This document shows, in pieces, positions 41,619-51,643 of a stretch of 64,000 bases of DNA. Both the position numbers and the translations under genes were made by a program. Below the pieces are notes generated by a model, which worked only from the letters and a program-made list of their open reading frames with translations, did no database searches and was not told the DNA's origin. Source of the DNA: Leptonemataceae bacterium (GTDB lineage: Bacteria; Spirochaetota; Leptospiria; Leptospirales; Leptonemataceae). Position 1 is the stretch's first letter, and every line of letters begins with the position of its first letter. The stretch lies in contig OZ245742.1 in NCBI GenBank assembly GCA_965227295.1, positions 1,888,001 through 1,952,000 of the forward strand, read 5' to 3'.

Positions 41619-41819
41619 TCAGGCCACGGAGTGCAGGGAGCCGGGCATGGTGGGACGGCCGCCTTCCTCGTAGAGCACGCGCTCGGCTTCTTCCAGGCAG
41701 CAGCCACAGCTCTGCCCCAGGCTGGTCTGGGCTTTCAGTTCTTCCAGCGTGGAGGCTCCATCCCGGGCGAGATCCCGGATCTGCTGATCATTGATGCGAT
41801 GGCAAACACAGACAAACAT
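41619..41819 (-). CDS. bfd: bacterioferritin-associated ferredoxin
   Basis: MFVCVC...LGQSCGCC; upstream of bfr. Confidence 0.9.
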   Translation of the reverse strand: MFVCVCHRINDQQIRDLARDGASTLEELKAQTSLGQSCGCCLEEAERVLYEEGGRPTMPGSLHSVA

Positions 41820-41844
41820 GCAAACGTACCCGACGACTGGGACA

Positions 41845-41873
41845 ATCGTACTGAGAATCATTCTCAGTGTCAA
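41845..41873 (-). promoter_or_regulatory. sigma70 promoter of bfd with Fur box in the spacer
   Basis: TTGACA-17nt-TACGAT; 9-1-9 palindrome ACTGAGAAT-C-ATTCTCAGT (41850-41868). Confidence 0.8.
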
Positions 41874-41965
41874 TCGATTGGACGCCAATTTCGGTCCCCG
41901 GACGGGATTTTTTTTTCGGATTCGTGCGGGATTTTCTGTGGGGCCGACCCGGCGATCCGGGCCGT

Positions 41966-42406
41966 TCAGCCGAAGTGCATTTCGACGTGCTTCTTGATGT
42001 CCGTAACGCGGTCGTCGAGTTTTTCGATGTCGTCCACGGCGGCGTTGGCGAGGCCGAGGGCCCGGCTGACCAGGGCGAAAGCGCCTTCCATGCGCGCGCG
42101 GATTTCTTTGACCCGGCCGATCTCCTCGTCGACCTGGCGGATTTTGTTGTTCAGGAATTCGTTCTTGTGCACCCACTGGCGGCGTTCGTGTTCCAGTTCC
42201 GCCAGGCGTACGTTAATGCGGCGGCGCTCCTGTTCGATGGCGGCCTTTTTCTCGACTTCCATGAGTTCCAGATCGTCCTGTAACTTCGCGCGCTGCACTC
42301 GCATGTAGCGTGAGTAGCGTCGGCGCGCGCGGTTGTGTTCGCGCAGGGCAATGCGCCGACGTTGGGCCTGGCGGAGTCGCAGGAGTTTGCGGATTTGCTG
42401 GATCAT
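41966..42406 (-). CDS. coiled-coil hypothetical protein
   Basis: E/K/R-rich heptad pattern. Confidence 0.65.
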   Translation of the reverse strand: MIQQIRKLLRLRQAQRRRIALREHNRARRRYSRYMRVQRAKLQDDLELMEVEKKAAIEQERRRINVRLAELEHERRQWVHKNEFLNNKIRQVDEEIGRVKEIRARMEGAFALVSRALGLANAAVDDIEKLDDRVTDIKKHVEMHFG

Positions 42407-42576
42407 GAGTGGCGTACCTTGAACCAGAGTTCGAAGACCGGGTCTGGAGAACAAGAATCATACGGCGGACCTCAGCCCGGGCAGGCGTTTTTCGTCGGAG
42501 TTATCCACGCTCTCCGCAAAGGCTAAGGTTTGCGGAAAGTATGTTAAGTGTACGGCGGGTGAAACTGTGAATACCG

Positions 42577-43194
42577 CTAGCGACTTTCACCCATCTCGAC
42601 GAGGAAGCCTTTGAGCATCTCTTCCAGATCCTTCTGGGCTTCTTTTTCTTTGTAGGCCATTTCCAGACGGACCAGATCGGCGACGTGTTGGGTCAGGTAG
42701 CCGTCGGAGTCAAAGTTCTTCAGCACGTCTTCCAGGTATGCCGTTTCGGAGCCCTGGAGCGAACCTTCCAGGTACAGATTGCACATGGTCTGGATGGCCA
42801 CGGCGCGGGCGGGGCCTTCCTGCGCCTCGTTCAGCAGGTCCTTAATGGGACCCATAATGATGCGCCGGTACGTGGGGAGGATGCTTGAGATGAGATCGAT
42901 GGTGCCGAAGGGGATGTTGTCCGGCAGATGCCTGGCGAGGCGCAGGAGCATTTTCATGGAGCGCAGCGTACCGGAGTAGCCTACGGCATGAATGACCGCG
43001 GAGCAGTAGCGACTATTTTTGCTCCAGGCCTCGGGGCTCTTGCACTCTTCGAGCATTTCGCCGAGCGCTTCGAGGGAGGCGGCGTCGCCGGCCGCGGCGG
43101 AATCGGACAACTGCTGCATGGCCAGAACCATGGCGTGGTCTCCCTCTTTCGCTTTGATCGAAGCGATGATGCTGTCGTGTTCCCCGGTAGGCAT
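42577..43194 (-). CDS. helical hypothetical protein
   Basis: 205-aa ORF with SD (gggag) and host-like codon usage. Confidence 0.75.
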   Translation of the reverse strand: MPTGEHDSIIASIKAKEGDHAMVLAMQQLSDSAAAGDAASLEALGEMLEECKSPEAWSKNSRYCSAVIHAVGYSGTLRSMKMLLRLARHLPDNIPFGTIDLISSILPTYRRIIMGPIKDLLNEAQEGPARAVAIQTMCNLYLEGSLQGSETAYLEDVLKNFDSDGYLTQHVADLVRLEMAYKEKEAQKDLEEMLKGFLVEMGESR

Positions 43195-43334
43195 GGCAAA
43201 GACTCCCGCACGGTGGAGGGGGCACGGGATTCTTCAATCAAAAAAGGTGGAATCTCACAAGAATACAGTTGACTGGTTGTATAAATTGCGGGCCAGCCTG
43301 AACTTACTTCACGCTCCGGGATCGTGCAGGATGA

Positions 43335-45296
43335 TCACATCCGCAGCGCAACAATCGTTAAATCGTCGGTGACGGGGGCGTTGCCGCGAAAGTCCCTGGC
43401 GTCGGCGGCCAGAGCGTGGACCATTTGTTCGGCATGGAGTGCGGCGTTCCGTTCGGCGAAGGCCTGCACGCGGTCGATGCCGTAGAGTTCACCGGCGGCG
43501 TTTTGAGTTTCGTCGAGGCCGTCGGAGAAAAGCACGAGAGTGTCGCCGGCCTGCATGGCGAAGGTTTCGGTGTGATAGCGCGCGGCATCGAAGGCGCCCA
43601 GAACCGTGCCCCGGGCGTTGATGCTCCGGCCCTTGCCGGCGTGTACGAAGACCTGATCCGGATGGCCGCCGCAGGCGATGGAGACCCGGCCCTCCACGGC
43701 GTCGATGTCGGCGAGGACCGCGGTGAAGTAGGCGTTCAGTTTGCCGTAGCGCGCGCGATAGGCCGCGTTCAGGCGGCGCAGAATCTCGTCCACCGGCGCG
43801 TCGAGTTCGCTCAAACGATCGTACTCGTTCTTGATGATCATGGTCGTCAGCGCGGCCTGTACGCCGTGACCGGTGGCGTCCGCGAGAAAGATGCGATGCA
43901 CGCCGCGCTTGCGCTGGATGATGTCGTAGATGTCCCCGCCGATTTGAATCATGGGTTCGAAGTAGACGGCGGTTTGCAGTTCGTTGCAGCGCGGGCACTC
44001 GCGATTCAGTACGCTCGCCTGGACCTTGCGTGCCAGGTCCAGATCGTCGGACAGAGTCTTGAGCGTGCGCGCGAGTTCGGCCTCGGCGGCGGCCTTTTCT
44101 TCGTAGCGCAGTCGGTTTAATTCGGCCTCTTTCTCGGCGCTCTCCACGCGCAGGCGGACCTGGAGATTGCGCATGCGCAGATTGTTCTCGGCGTTGAATA
44201 CCTGATCTTTGATTTTTTGATACTGTTTGCTATGGTGCAGGGCCTTCACATAGTCGCCGCGGGCCTCGTAGAGTTCTGCCAGGCCCCGATGTACGCGGAA
44301 CGTCGTCGGCAGCGCGTCGGAATGATCCAGGGCGTCGAGGGCCTGCAGGAGATTTTCTTCGGCCAGGTCCAGCTTGCCGACTTCCCGGTGCAGGCTGCCG
44401 AGATTCAAAAGCACCTCCGCTTCAATGGCACGATTGCGGATCTTGCGGAGAATCAACAGGCAGTGGCCGTAAGCTTCCAGGGCTTTGTCCCGGCGACCCA
44501 GTTGATGGTACATGCCGCCAACTTCTAAGAGCGCGCCGGCTTCGCCGAGCAACTGTCCGTCCTCGCGGGACATCTTGAGGCTGATGTCGTAGTTCTTTAG
44601 CGCGTTTTCGAAATCTTCCTGGTGTTTGTAGAAGTGACCGATCTCCCAGTGCGTGCGGGCGACACCTGCGATGTGGCCGCTCTGTTGAAAGAGTTCCCGG
44701 GCCTTGTGAAAATGCGGCAGCGCGTCGACGTACTCGGCCAGGGCGACGTGAATGCGCCCCATGTTATGATGGGCCCAGGCCTCGCCGCGGACGAAGCCGA
44801 CTTCCCGGCACGCCTCGCGATTGGCCAGGGCGTACTCCAGGGATTGTTCGTACCGTCCCAGATAAAAGTTCGCGTTCGAGGCGATGTCCAGTGCCGTGGA
44901 TTCCCCCTTGCGGTCCCCGACTTCACGAAAGAGGCGGATGCTGTGTTTCGCCAGGTTCAGTCCCCGACCCAGGCGTGTGATCAAAAGATGATAGTACGCA
45001 AGATTACGTAATGCCGCGGCCAGGCCGGGGAGGTGGCCCAGCTCGCGGGCCCGGCGCAGGGTTGCGCGGCTCAGTCGATACGTACGATCGGTGTCGAGGA
45101 GCGCGGTTTCCCAGGCGAGTTCGTTCGTAAGATCGACGCGTTCTTCGCAGTAATCGTCGCCGTGTTGCTCGTAAGATTGGAGTTGCGCTTCCAGTTCGCG
45201 GATGCGTTCGTGCTGGGCCGACGATCCGCTCGGAGGTGCGATGCCCTGCGGTGCGGACTGAGGAGGCTCCTCCAGAATTTGCAAATCGTCGGGCAT
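43335..45296 (-). CDS. TPR-repeat SpoIIE/PP2C phosphatase
   Basis: Multiple TPRs; IGGDIYD; LADATGHG; FSDGLDE; DDLTIV. Confidence 0.9.
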   Translation of the reverse strand: MPDDLQILEEPPQSAPQGIAPPSGSSAQHERIRELEAQLQSYEQHGDDYCEERVDLTNELAWETALLDTDRTYRLSRATLRRARELGHLPGLAAALRNLAYYHLLITRLGRGLNLAKHSIRLFREVGDRKGESTALDIASNANFYLGRYEQSLEYALANREACREVGFVRGEAWAHHNMGRIHVALAEYVDALPHFHKARELFQQSGHIAGVARTHWEIGHFYKHQEDFENALKNYDISLKMSREDGQLLGEAGALLEVGGMYHQLGRRDKALEAYGHCLLILRKIRNRAIEAEVLLNLGSLHREVGKLDLAEENLLQALDALDHSDALPTTFRVHRGLAELYEARGDYVKALHHSKQYQKIKDQVFNAENNLRMRNLQVRLRVESAEKEAELNRLRYEEKAAAEAELARTLKTLSDDLDLARKVQASVLNRECPRCNELQTAVYFEPMIQIGGDIYDIIQRKRGVHRIFLADATGHGVQAALTTMIIKNEYDRLSELDAPVDEILRRLNAAYRARYGKLNAYFTAVLADIDAVEGRVSIACGGHPDQVFVHAGKGRSINARGTVLGAFDAARYHTETFAMQAGDTLVLFSDGLDETQNAAGELYGIDRVQAFAERNAALHAEQMVHALAADARDFRGNAPVTDDLTIVALRM

Positions 45297-45431
45297 CGGG
45301 GCGGGGCTCCAGATTCGAAAGTTAGCCAGGCCTGGGACGTACGGCAAGCGGAATTGCAGCGCGCAGACCGTAAACAAACAAAGCGGAGCTCCGGGGTGCG
45401 GATTCGCTGGATGTTTTTTCCGAAGCGACGA

Positions 45432-46352
45432 CGCCGGGGAATTATGCTTTCCGCTGATGCGGAAAGCCGGCGGTTCAGAACTTCCGCCGACGCGAAAGTT
45501 CTGCCGGTCCGCCTTACCACGTCCCCCGAGCCGGACGCCGGTTTGCGACTGCGACTTTGTTTCGGCAACGTCTCTTATGAAGAAGACGCCGTTCCGGTGC
45601 GCCGTGCCACATTCCCCGGCATGACCTCCGCTCGTCAGCTGGAACCAGCCGTACCCTTAGAAGGCTAAATGTACACTGGCCTTCACTTACTTCAGAATTC
45701 GGGGCGTGGGCGAACTACCCGCGCGGTTTCGGTAGTTCAAGAGCTGCGGTTCGCTACCGTTGCCGTGAGAAACTTGAAGTAAGTCGCGAAATTGTGAAGG
45801 GACTTTTTTGGCTACGGCTGAGCGGGAGTTGTGGATTTTCGTTTTGCAAAGCATGTTGGAGTCGACCCGGACGCTGGTTGTGCGGATCCGCTATCGTAAC
45901 GTTCCTTGCGGCGACGACGCCGTTCCAGTCCGCCTTACCACGTCCCCCGGCCCAACCTCCGCTCGTCAGCTGGAACCAGTTGTACCCATAAAAGGCTTAA
46001 TGTACACTCACCGCCACTTACATGACGATTCGGGGCGTGTCTGAACGTTTCGCGAGTTTTCGGTGGTTCAAGAGCTGCGGTTCGCTACCGTTGCCGTGAG
46101 AAACTTGAAGTAAGTCGCGAAATTGTGAAGGGACTTTTTTGGCTACGGCTGAGCGGGAGTTGTGGATTTTCGTTTTGCAAAGCATGTTGGAGTCGACCCG
46201 GACGCTGGTTGTGCGGATCCGCTATCGTAACGTTTCTTGCGGCGACGACGCCGTTCCAGTCCGCCTTACCACGTCCCCCGGCCCAACCTCCGCTCGTCAG
46301 CTGGAACCAGTTGTACCCATAAAAGGATTAATGTACACTGGCCGCCACTTAC
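45432..46352. repeat. tandem 331-bp structured repeat array (locus 1)
   Basis: ACCTCCGCTCGTCAGCTGGAACCAG at 45624, 45955 and 46286 (period 331); homologous to 61850-62375. Confidence 0.9.
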
Positions 46353-46372
46353 ACCACGAAGGGGTGTAAGTG
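46346..46372 (-). terminator. hairpin after gltX
   Basis: CACTTACACC/GGTGTAAGTG 10-bp stem just past the stop. Confidence 0.55.
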
Positions 46373-46377
46373 AACCT

Positions 46378-48012
46378 TCAGACGACTGCGGCCAGGCGTT
46401 GTTCGATGCGTTCGGCGACGGCCTCGTAGCCGAGCAGGGAAAATAACGTCGGCAGTTCCAGGCCCTGCATGGAGCCGGTGCTCGCGATGCGAATGGGCAT
46501 GAACAATCCGCGGCCCTTCGCCCCGCTGCGTTCGCCGGCTTCTTTCATGAGCGCGGAGTAGGTCTCGGGATCTTCCGGTTTGCGTTCGCGGATGAGATCG
46601 CGGAAGGCCTCCACCGCGGCGCGGCCGGTGTCGTCGCCGAGCAATGCTTTCGCCTCGTCGCTTTCAATGTGACCGGCCTGGTCGGCGAAGAGTTCGCGCG
46701 CGTACGCGGGGAACTCGTCGAGGGTATCCAGATAGACCTTAACTGACTCGAAGGTTTTCTTAAGGGTTGCCTCGTCGGCCTGGAGATCCGGGGCCTCCGT
46801 CTGCACGAAGGCGCTGACCTCGGCCCAGAGTTCTGCAATGGGAGTCTCGCGAATGTAGCGGTTGTTCAACCAGTTCAGCTTGGACTTCTTGTTGATGTGT
46901 TTACTCAGTTCGTCGCGGCTGAGTTGCGTGGGATCGAAGTCTTCGCCCTCGGACTCGCCGGCGCTGCCGGGATCGTTTTTCTGTGTCTTGCCGGCCTTCG
47001 CGTTCTTGTCTTTTTTGCCGCCACCTTTGCCACCTTTGCCACCTTTGCCGGGTTTGCCGATCAAGAAAAAGTCGAACATGGACGGTGACTTCGAGCAGTG
47101 CGCCACGTCGAAGCGCTTCGCCAGTTCCTTCCCGGGCAGATACTCCACTCCGTCCCGGGGATACCAGCCGAGCAACGCCATGTAGTTCGACACGGCCTCG
47201 GGCAGGTAGCCGAGTTTTTTGAAAAACAGCACCGATGCGGCGCCCCGGCGCTTCGACAGCTTGCGATGATCCGTACCGACGATCTCCGAGATGTGCGCGT
47301 ACTGCGGTTGCTCTAACTTCAGGGCCTCGTGGATTAAGATCTGCCGCGGCGTGTTCGAAAGATGGCCGACGCCCCGCACCACGTGGGTGATTTTCATTTC
47401 GTGATCGTCCACGACGACGGCGAAGTTGTACGACGGAAAACCGTTGGACTTGACGATGATGAAGTCGCCGATGAGACGCGAATCGAACTTCACGCGCCCC
47501 TGCACCTGATCGTCTACCACGATCTCCCGCGGGTCCACCTTGAATCGAACGGCGTAGGTTTCGCCGTTGCCCTGACGTTCGCTGACTTCCTCTTTCGAAA
47601 GGCCGCGACACTTGCCGTCGTAAACGTGGGGCAGGCCGAGTTCCTTCGACTTTTCCTGCTTCGCCGCGAGTTCACTGTCCGTACAGAAACACGGGTAGGC
47701 CAGGTCTTCGGCGAGCAGTCGGTCGACGTACTTCTGGTACGTATCGAGGCGCTCGCTCTGGCGATACGGCGTGTAGGGGCCACCGGCTCGCACGCCCTCG
47801 TCTTCTTTGATGCCCAGCCATTCCAGGGAATCGAGAATCAACTCCTCGCTTTCTTTGCTGGAGCGCTCCTGGTCGGTGTCTTCGACGCGTACTACGAAGG
47901 TGCCGCCGTGGGCCTTCGCGTGCAGGTAGTTGAACAACGCCGTGCGGGCCCCGCCGATGTGGAGGTAACCCGAGGGAGACGGGGCGAATCGTGTACGTAC
48001 TTCTTGTGCCAT
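46378..48012 (-). CDS. gltX: glutamate--tRNA ligase
   Basis: RFAPSPSGYLHIGG; RVEDTD; PYRQSER; KLSKR. Confidence 0.97.
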   Translation of the reverse strand: MAQEVRTRFAPSPSGYLHIGGARTALFNYLHAKAHGGTFVVRVEDTDQERSSKESEELILDSLEWLGIKEDEGVRAGGPYTPYRQSERLDTYQKYVDRLLAEDLAYPCFCTDSELAAKQEKSKELGLPHVYDGKCRGLSKEEVSERQGNGETYAVRFKVDPREIVVDDQVQGRVKFDSRLIGDFIIVKSNGFPSYNFAVVVDDHEMKITHVVRGVGHLSNTPRQILIHEALKLEQPQYAHISEIVGTDHRKLSKRRGAASVLFFKKLGYLPEAVSNYMALLGWYPRDGVEYLPGKELAKRFDVAHCSKSPSMFDFFLIGKPGKGGKGGKGGGKKDKNAKAGKTQKNDPGSAGESEGEDFDPTQLSRDELSKHINKKSKLNWLNNRYIRETPIAELWAEVSAFVQTEAPDLQADEATLKKTFESVKVYLDTLDEFPAYARELFADQAGHIESDEAKALLGDDTGRAAVEAFRDLIRERKPEDPETYSALMKEAGERSGAKGRGLFMPIRIASTGSMQGLELPTLFSLLGYEAVAERIEQRLAAVV

Positions 48013-48026
48013 AACTTTTGCGATGC

Positions 48027-48614
48027 TTAATATAAGCTCTGGAGATATTTGTGGAGACCGCGCCGGTAGATCTGCATGACGACGACGTAGCTGCCGTCGG
48101 GTTCGGCGTGGACCTTGACGATGCGCCCTTCCTGCTGGATGAGCTCTTTGATTTTGCCGCGGCCGTAGGCGCCCATGCGCGAAGAGATGGATCGCTCGCG
48201 GAGAATCAATTCCTCGGCGCGGGCCTTCGCCGGTTCCTCGCCGCGCAACCGGGCGTCCTCGCGCGAATCGGCGATCACCGTAACATACACCTGGTACGTG
48301 TTACTGGAGACCAGGCCCTCGCGGCGATAGAGCGCGGGCAGGGTGCTGCTTTCGGAAAGTCCGCCGTGGCCGCCCTCGGCCTCGACGAACCGTCCGGGGT
48401 GATAGGGGCGGGCCTGGGTCTCTTCCGCGGGGCTCCGGCAGGCGCCGGCGAGCAGCAACAGGAGGATCAGCGTTCCGGCTGTGCGTCGTCCTCGACCTCG
48501 CGGAAGCCCTCGTCGTCTTGCCGGAACGTGGGGTCGCCGAGAGGATCGTTCGGATCCGTGGTGCCCGGCTCCGGTTCGGGCCGGCGTAACTGTTCGGCTT
48601 GTTTTCTCTGCCAT
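48027..48614 (-). CDS. putative lipoprotein (true start uncertain, probably near 48500)
   Basis: LILLLLLAGAC lipobox; EGLVSSNTYQV resembles the neighbouring gene. Confidence 0.55.
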   Translation of the reverse strand: MAEKTSRTVTPARTGAGHHGSERSSRRPHVPARRRGLPRGRGRRTAGTLILLLLLAGACRSPAEETQARPYHPGRFVEAEGGHGGLSESSTLPALYRREGLVSSNTYQVYVTVIADSREDARLRGEEPAKARAEELILRERSISSRMGAYGRGKIKELIQQEGRIVKVHAEPDGSYVVVMQIYRRGLHKYLQSLY

Positions 48615-49213
48615 CGTTCGAGATTTTCCGGGCGGAAGGTGAGCGATACCGACCGGATTTGAGCCGGGAGGTCTTCGCCTTCAATCCGGAATACCACGGA
48701 ACACGACGCGCGGGAGCGGTTGTCCTGTAAAGCAATGAATCCCTGCTCCAGCAGGTCCCGGAAATCCAGCTCCGCGCGGATGAGATCGCGTTCGCTGAAA
48801 TCGAGGGGATAGTCCCGGGCGAAGTCCCCGCTGTCGACACCACTGCTGCGCTCCTGGCCGGGACGCACATCGAAATGCGTGTGCAGCATGACGCGCAGGG
48901 AGCGTTCTTTCGCCGTGCGCAGCGCCGTGTTCAGACAGAGTCGGTGGGCCGCCCGGGAGCCGCCGTAGCGCCGACTCTCGATCTCGGCCTGGCCGACGGT
49001 CTGGAGGACGTTCGGGCTGAGGAAACCTTCGGTCGTGAAGTTGTAGGTGACGTTTTGTTTTACCAGGAAAGAGGACGGTTGGCAATTTGCGGCGAGCAGT
49101 GTGAGAAGGAGCAAGATTTTACACCGAGGCGCCCAAAGAATTTTTTTAATACATGATACCACTTTACCGTCTCGGATCGTTTGCGAATGTAAAAGCTCTT
49201 CTTCAGCGTTCAA
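48467..49213 (-). CDS. putative lipoprotein
   Basis: LLLLTLLAANC lipobox; EGFLSPNVLQT; start uncertain. Confidence 0.65.
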   Translation of the reverse strand: MNAEEELLHSQTIRDGKVVSCIKKILWAPRCKILLLLTLLAANCQPSSFLVKQNVTYNFTTEGFLSPNVLQTVGQAEIESRRYGGSRAAHRLCLNTALRTAKERSLRVMLHTHFDVRPGQERSSGVDSGDFARDYPLDFSERDLIRAELDFRDLLEQGFIALQDNRSRASCSVVFRIEGEDLPAQIRSVSLTFRPENLERWQRKQAEQLRRPEPEPGTTDPNDPLGDPTFRQDDEGFREVEDDAQPER

Positions 49214-50360
49214 CCAGAATCACGAGTTCCACGTGGGGCGTGCGCGGGAAAAAATCGAAGATGTGCAGTGACCCGGGTGCGTAGCCGTGGCCGAGCAGGC
49301 CTTCGAGATCGCGATCCAGGGTCGCGGGATTGCAACTGCTGTAGAGAATCGCGGGGACCGTGCCGGCGAAGGCGTCGATCTGCTCACGGGCCAGGCCGCC
49401 CCGGGGCGGGTTGATGATGGCGAGACCGGTGTCCGCGGCGGGAGCGACGGCGTGCTTGTAAAGATCCAGGGAGTGGAAGTTACCGGCGTAGCTCCGTTTC
49501 TTGAAGTTGCTCCGGGCGAACTTGAGCGAGCTGGAATGATTGTCGTAGCCGTCGTAGCGTTCCCCGAGAAGATCGCGTACGTAGCCGCCGATGAGTCCGT
49601 GGCCGCAGAAGAGTTCGACGGTGTTCGGTTGTCCCGGTGGCACGAGCGATCGCAGGGCGTCGAGCCAGGGCTGCAACAGATGACGATTCGTTTGACTGAA
49701 ACCGTCGTCGGGGCGGTCCCAGTCCAGGCCGTCGATCTCCAGGTCGTCCAGGGAATCGTAGAAGATCGACGGATCGCGCGGGCCGCGGCGACCGCGTCGC
49801 GGTGTGGGAACGCTCGCGGGGTCTTCTCTAAACGTACGGCGATCTTCGATTAAGACGGCGTTGATTTGCGGATCCAGTTGTTTGCAGCCGTCTTCGGGCA
49901 GGTCGATGAGGTCGTTCGACGACGGGGCGTAGAATCCCACGAGCACGTCGTCACCGTCGCGGCGGACGTGCAATCGCGTCCGCGCTCGATAACCGTCCGG
50001 CGGACTTGTGTGCACGACCTCGGCGATGCCGTTTGCCCGCAGTTGTTCGCGTACAGTGCGCAGGTGTTTGTGTTCGTTCAGTAGATCGAGCTTGAGCTGA
50101 AGTTCGCTTTCCGGACTCAGGTGGCGAAACGAACAGCCGCCGCAGCGCGGATAGACCGCGCAGTCGCTGCTGATGCGTTCCGGGGCCGGGCTGAGAATTT
50201 CGACCGCGCGCGCGAAGAGCAGGCGCGCGTTGCTTTGCATCACCTCGGCGCGGACTTCTTCGCCGGGCAGGGCGCCGTGCACGAACACCGTGCGGTCCGT
50301 GGTGGAATCGTGAGCGAGGGTGTAGCCGTTCTGGACCCACTTGCGCGGTCGGAGAATCAT
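49203..50360 (-). CDS. RNA m5U methyltransferase, TrmA/RlmD family
   Basis: TRAM (VFVHGALPGEEV); CAVYPRCGGC; FSQTN; INPPRGG; YSSCNPATLDRD; DFFPRTPHVE. Confidence 0.88.
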   Translation of the reverse strand: MILRPRKWVQNGYTLAHDSTTDRTVFVHGALPGEEVRAEVMQSNARLLFARAVEILSPAPERISSDCAVYPRCGGCSFRHLSPESELQLKLDLLNEHKHLRTVREQLRANGIAEVVHTSPPDGYRARTRLHVRRDGDDVLVGFYAPSSNDLIDLPEDGCKQLDPQINAVLIEDRRTFREDPASVPTPRRGRRGPRDPSIFYDSLDDLEIDGLDWDRPDDGFSQTNRHLLQPWLDALRSLVPPGQPNTVELFCGHGLIGGYVRDLLGERYDGYDNHSSSLKFARSNFKKRSYAGNFHSLDLYKHAVAPAADTGLAIINPPRGGLAREQIDAFAGTVPAILYSSCNPATLDRDLEGLLGHGYAPGSLHIFDFFPRTPHVELVILVER

Positions 50361-50361
50361 G

Positions 50362-50697
50362 TTATTGGAAGAGACGCGATTGTTCGGTGGCGTCCCGGTC
50401 GTCGCCGTCTTCGTCGGTATCGATGGCCTGTTTGTCGAGGCTGCCGTCGTCCCGGCGTTCGAGATACTCGAGTTTCTTTTCGGCCTGTTCGAGTTTTTCG
50501 CGACAGACCTGGCGGAGTTGCATGCCCTTTTCGTAGGCCTTGATGCTTTCGTCGAGGCTCAGCGATCCGCTTTCGAGCTGGCGGGTGATGGTTTCGAGTT
50601 CTTCGATGGCCTCTTCGAAGGACAGGATGGGGCCGCCGTTTTGGGAAGGCGTTTCGCCGGACTTAGTCGCGGCTTTGCTCGCTGCTTTTTTGGCCAT
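50362..50697 (-). CDS. xseB: exodeoxyribonuclease VII small subunit
   Basis: SFEEAIEELETITRQLESGSLSLDESIKAYEKGMQL...AEKKL. Confidence 0.92.
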   Translation of the reverse strand: MAKKAASKAATKSGETPSQNGGPILSFEEAIEELETITRQLESGSLSLDESIKAYEKGMQLRQVCREKLEQAEKKLEYLERRDDGSLDKQAIDTDEDGDDRDATEQSRLFQ

Positions 50698-50751
50698 GAC
50701 GGCGTTCAACTTCTGGCGTGCTTACGAGGTTGCAAGCAGGTTTTGGGAGTC

Positions 50752-50838
50752 ACTCCGAGGACCGAGGTACCGAGGGTTATTGAGAAGCCTTTGTCCGGGG
50801 ACGCTCCTCACCTTCCTCGAAACCTCGGTCCTCGGAGT
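50752..50838. repeat. REPIN/MITE-like element, copy 2
   Basis: 17-bp IR ACTCCGAGGACCGAGGT / ACCTCGGTCCTCGGAGT. Confidence 0.75.
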
Positions 50839-50847
50839 CGGTTTTCT

Positions 50848-51435
50848 TCACGCAAATCGAAACTTCATCTCCACATGCGCGGTGACTTCGATTTCGCTGG
50901 CGTGCAGCGTCGGTCCGTCTTCCCCGACGACGGCCTGGTCGATGTAAACCTCGGGAAAAACGTGGACGAGCTCACCGAGTTTGCGACCGGCCGCCGCGGC
51001 CACGGTGCGGGCCGTTTCCGTTCCCCGACTTACCGCTTCGTTCAGTACAGCTTCGCGCGCCGGGCCGGGATTGCTGAGAAACGATGATATCTCCAGTATC
51101 GGCGCATCTTCCATAAGCAGCATGGCCGTGTAGAACATCTGTAATGTTTCGGTGTGATTGGAGAAGCGCGCCGTGATTTCGCCGTGACCCTCAAAGCCGG
51201 TGAAGATTGATTGTTTCTCGCGATCGTACTGCGGCAGGACGCGCACATGCGATGCTTCGATGTGCAGATGCGCCGCGGGCGGCAGATCTCGCAGGCGGCT
51301 CAGAATGAGTTCCGCGCGTTGTTCGAGACGCTCGCGACATTGCTGGTAACTCGCGTCGTGCGTGTGTATGCGGAGCTGCGCCTGGATTGTATCGGGAACG
51401 AATCTGCGTTGCGTCGTTTCTGTCAGGACGATCAT
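50848..51435 (-). CDS. SIMPL/DUF541-like protein
   Basis: VPDTIQA...PQYD...REAVLNEAV...TVAAAAGRKLG...EIEVTAHVEMKF. Confidence 0.65.
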   Translation of the reverse strand: MIVLTETTQRRFVPDTIQAQLRIHTHDASYQQCRERLEQRAELILSRLRDLPPAAHLHIEASHVRVLPQYDREKQSIFTGFEGHGEITARFSNHTETLQMFYTAMLLMEDAPILEISSFLSNPGPAREAVLNEAVSRGTETARTVAAAAGRKLGELVHVFPEVYIDQAVVGEDGPTLHASEIEVTAHVEMKFRFA

Positions 51436-51643
51436 GTTTGACTAGATCTCGTGATGCGCATTGCTACCAGCGTTTTTCAGCGCAAGATGATACGCTGTTT
51501 CCTACCGTTTTGCTCGGAAACTCCGCACAAGCTTTCCACATTTTTTTATGCATCCCGGTAAAGAAACTTGCATTCGTTATTGATCCATTTAGGGCGACAT
51601 GTAAGGTTTGGGGATATGGGAAGATCGTATCGGGAGCACGGCC

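Noticed and set aside
41820-42176. Long N-terminal extension of Bfd in the ORF track
   Set aside because: It overlaps the promoter/Fur box and the upstream gene; the real start is ATG 41819
45432-46352. CRISPR array
   Set aside because: Units are 331 bp with no unique spacers, and there are no cas genes
45794-46369. Repeated 65-78 aa ORFs inside the tandem repeat
   Set aside because: Frames are not preserved at the 62-kb locus and have no protein motifs; they are a by-product of the duplication
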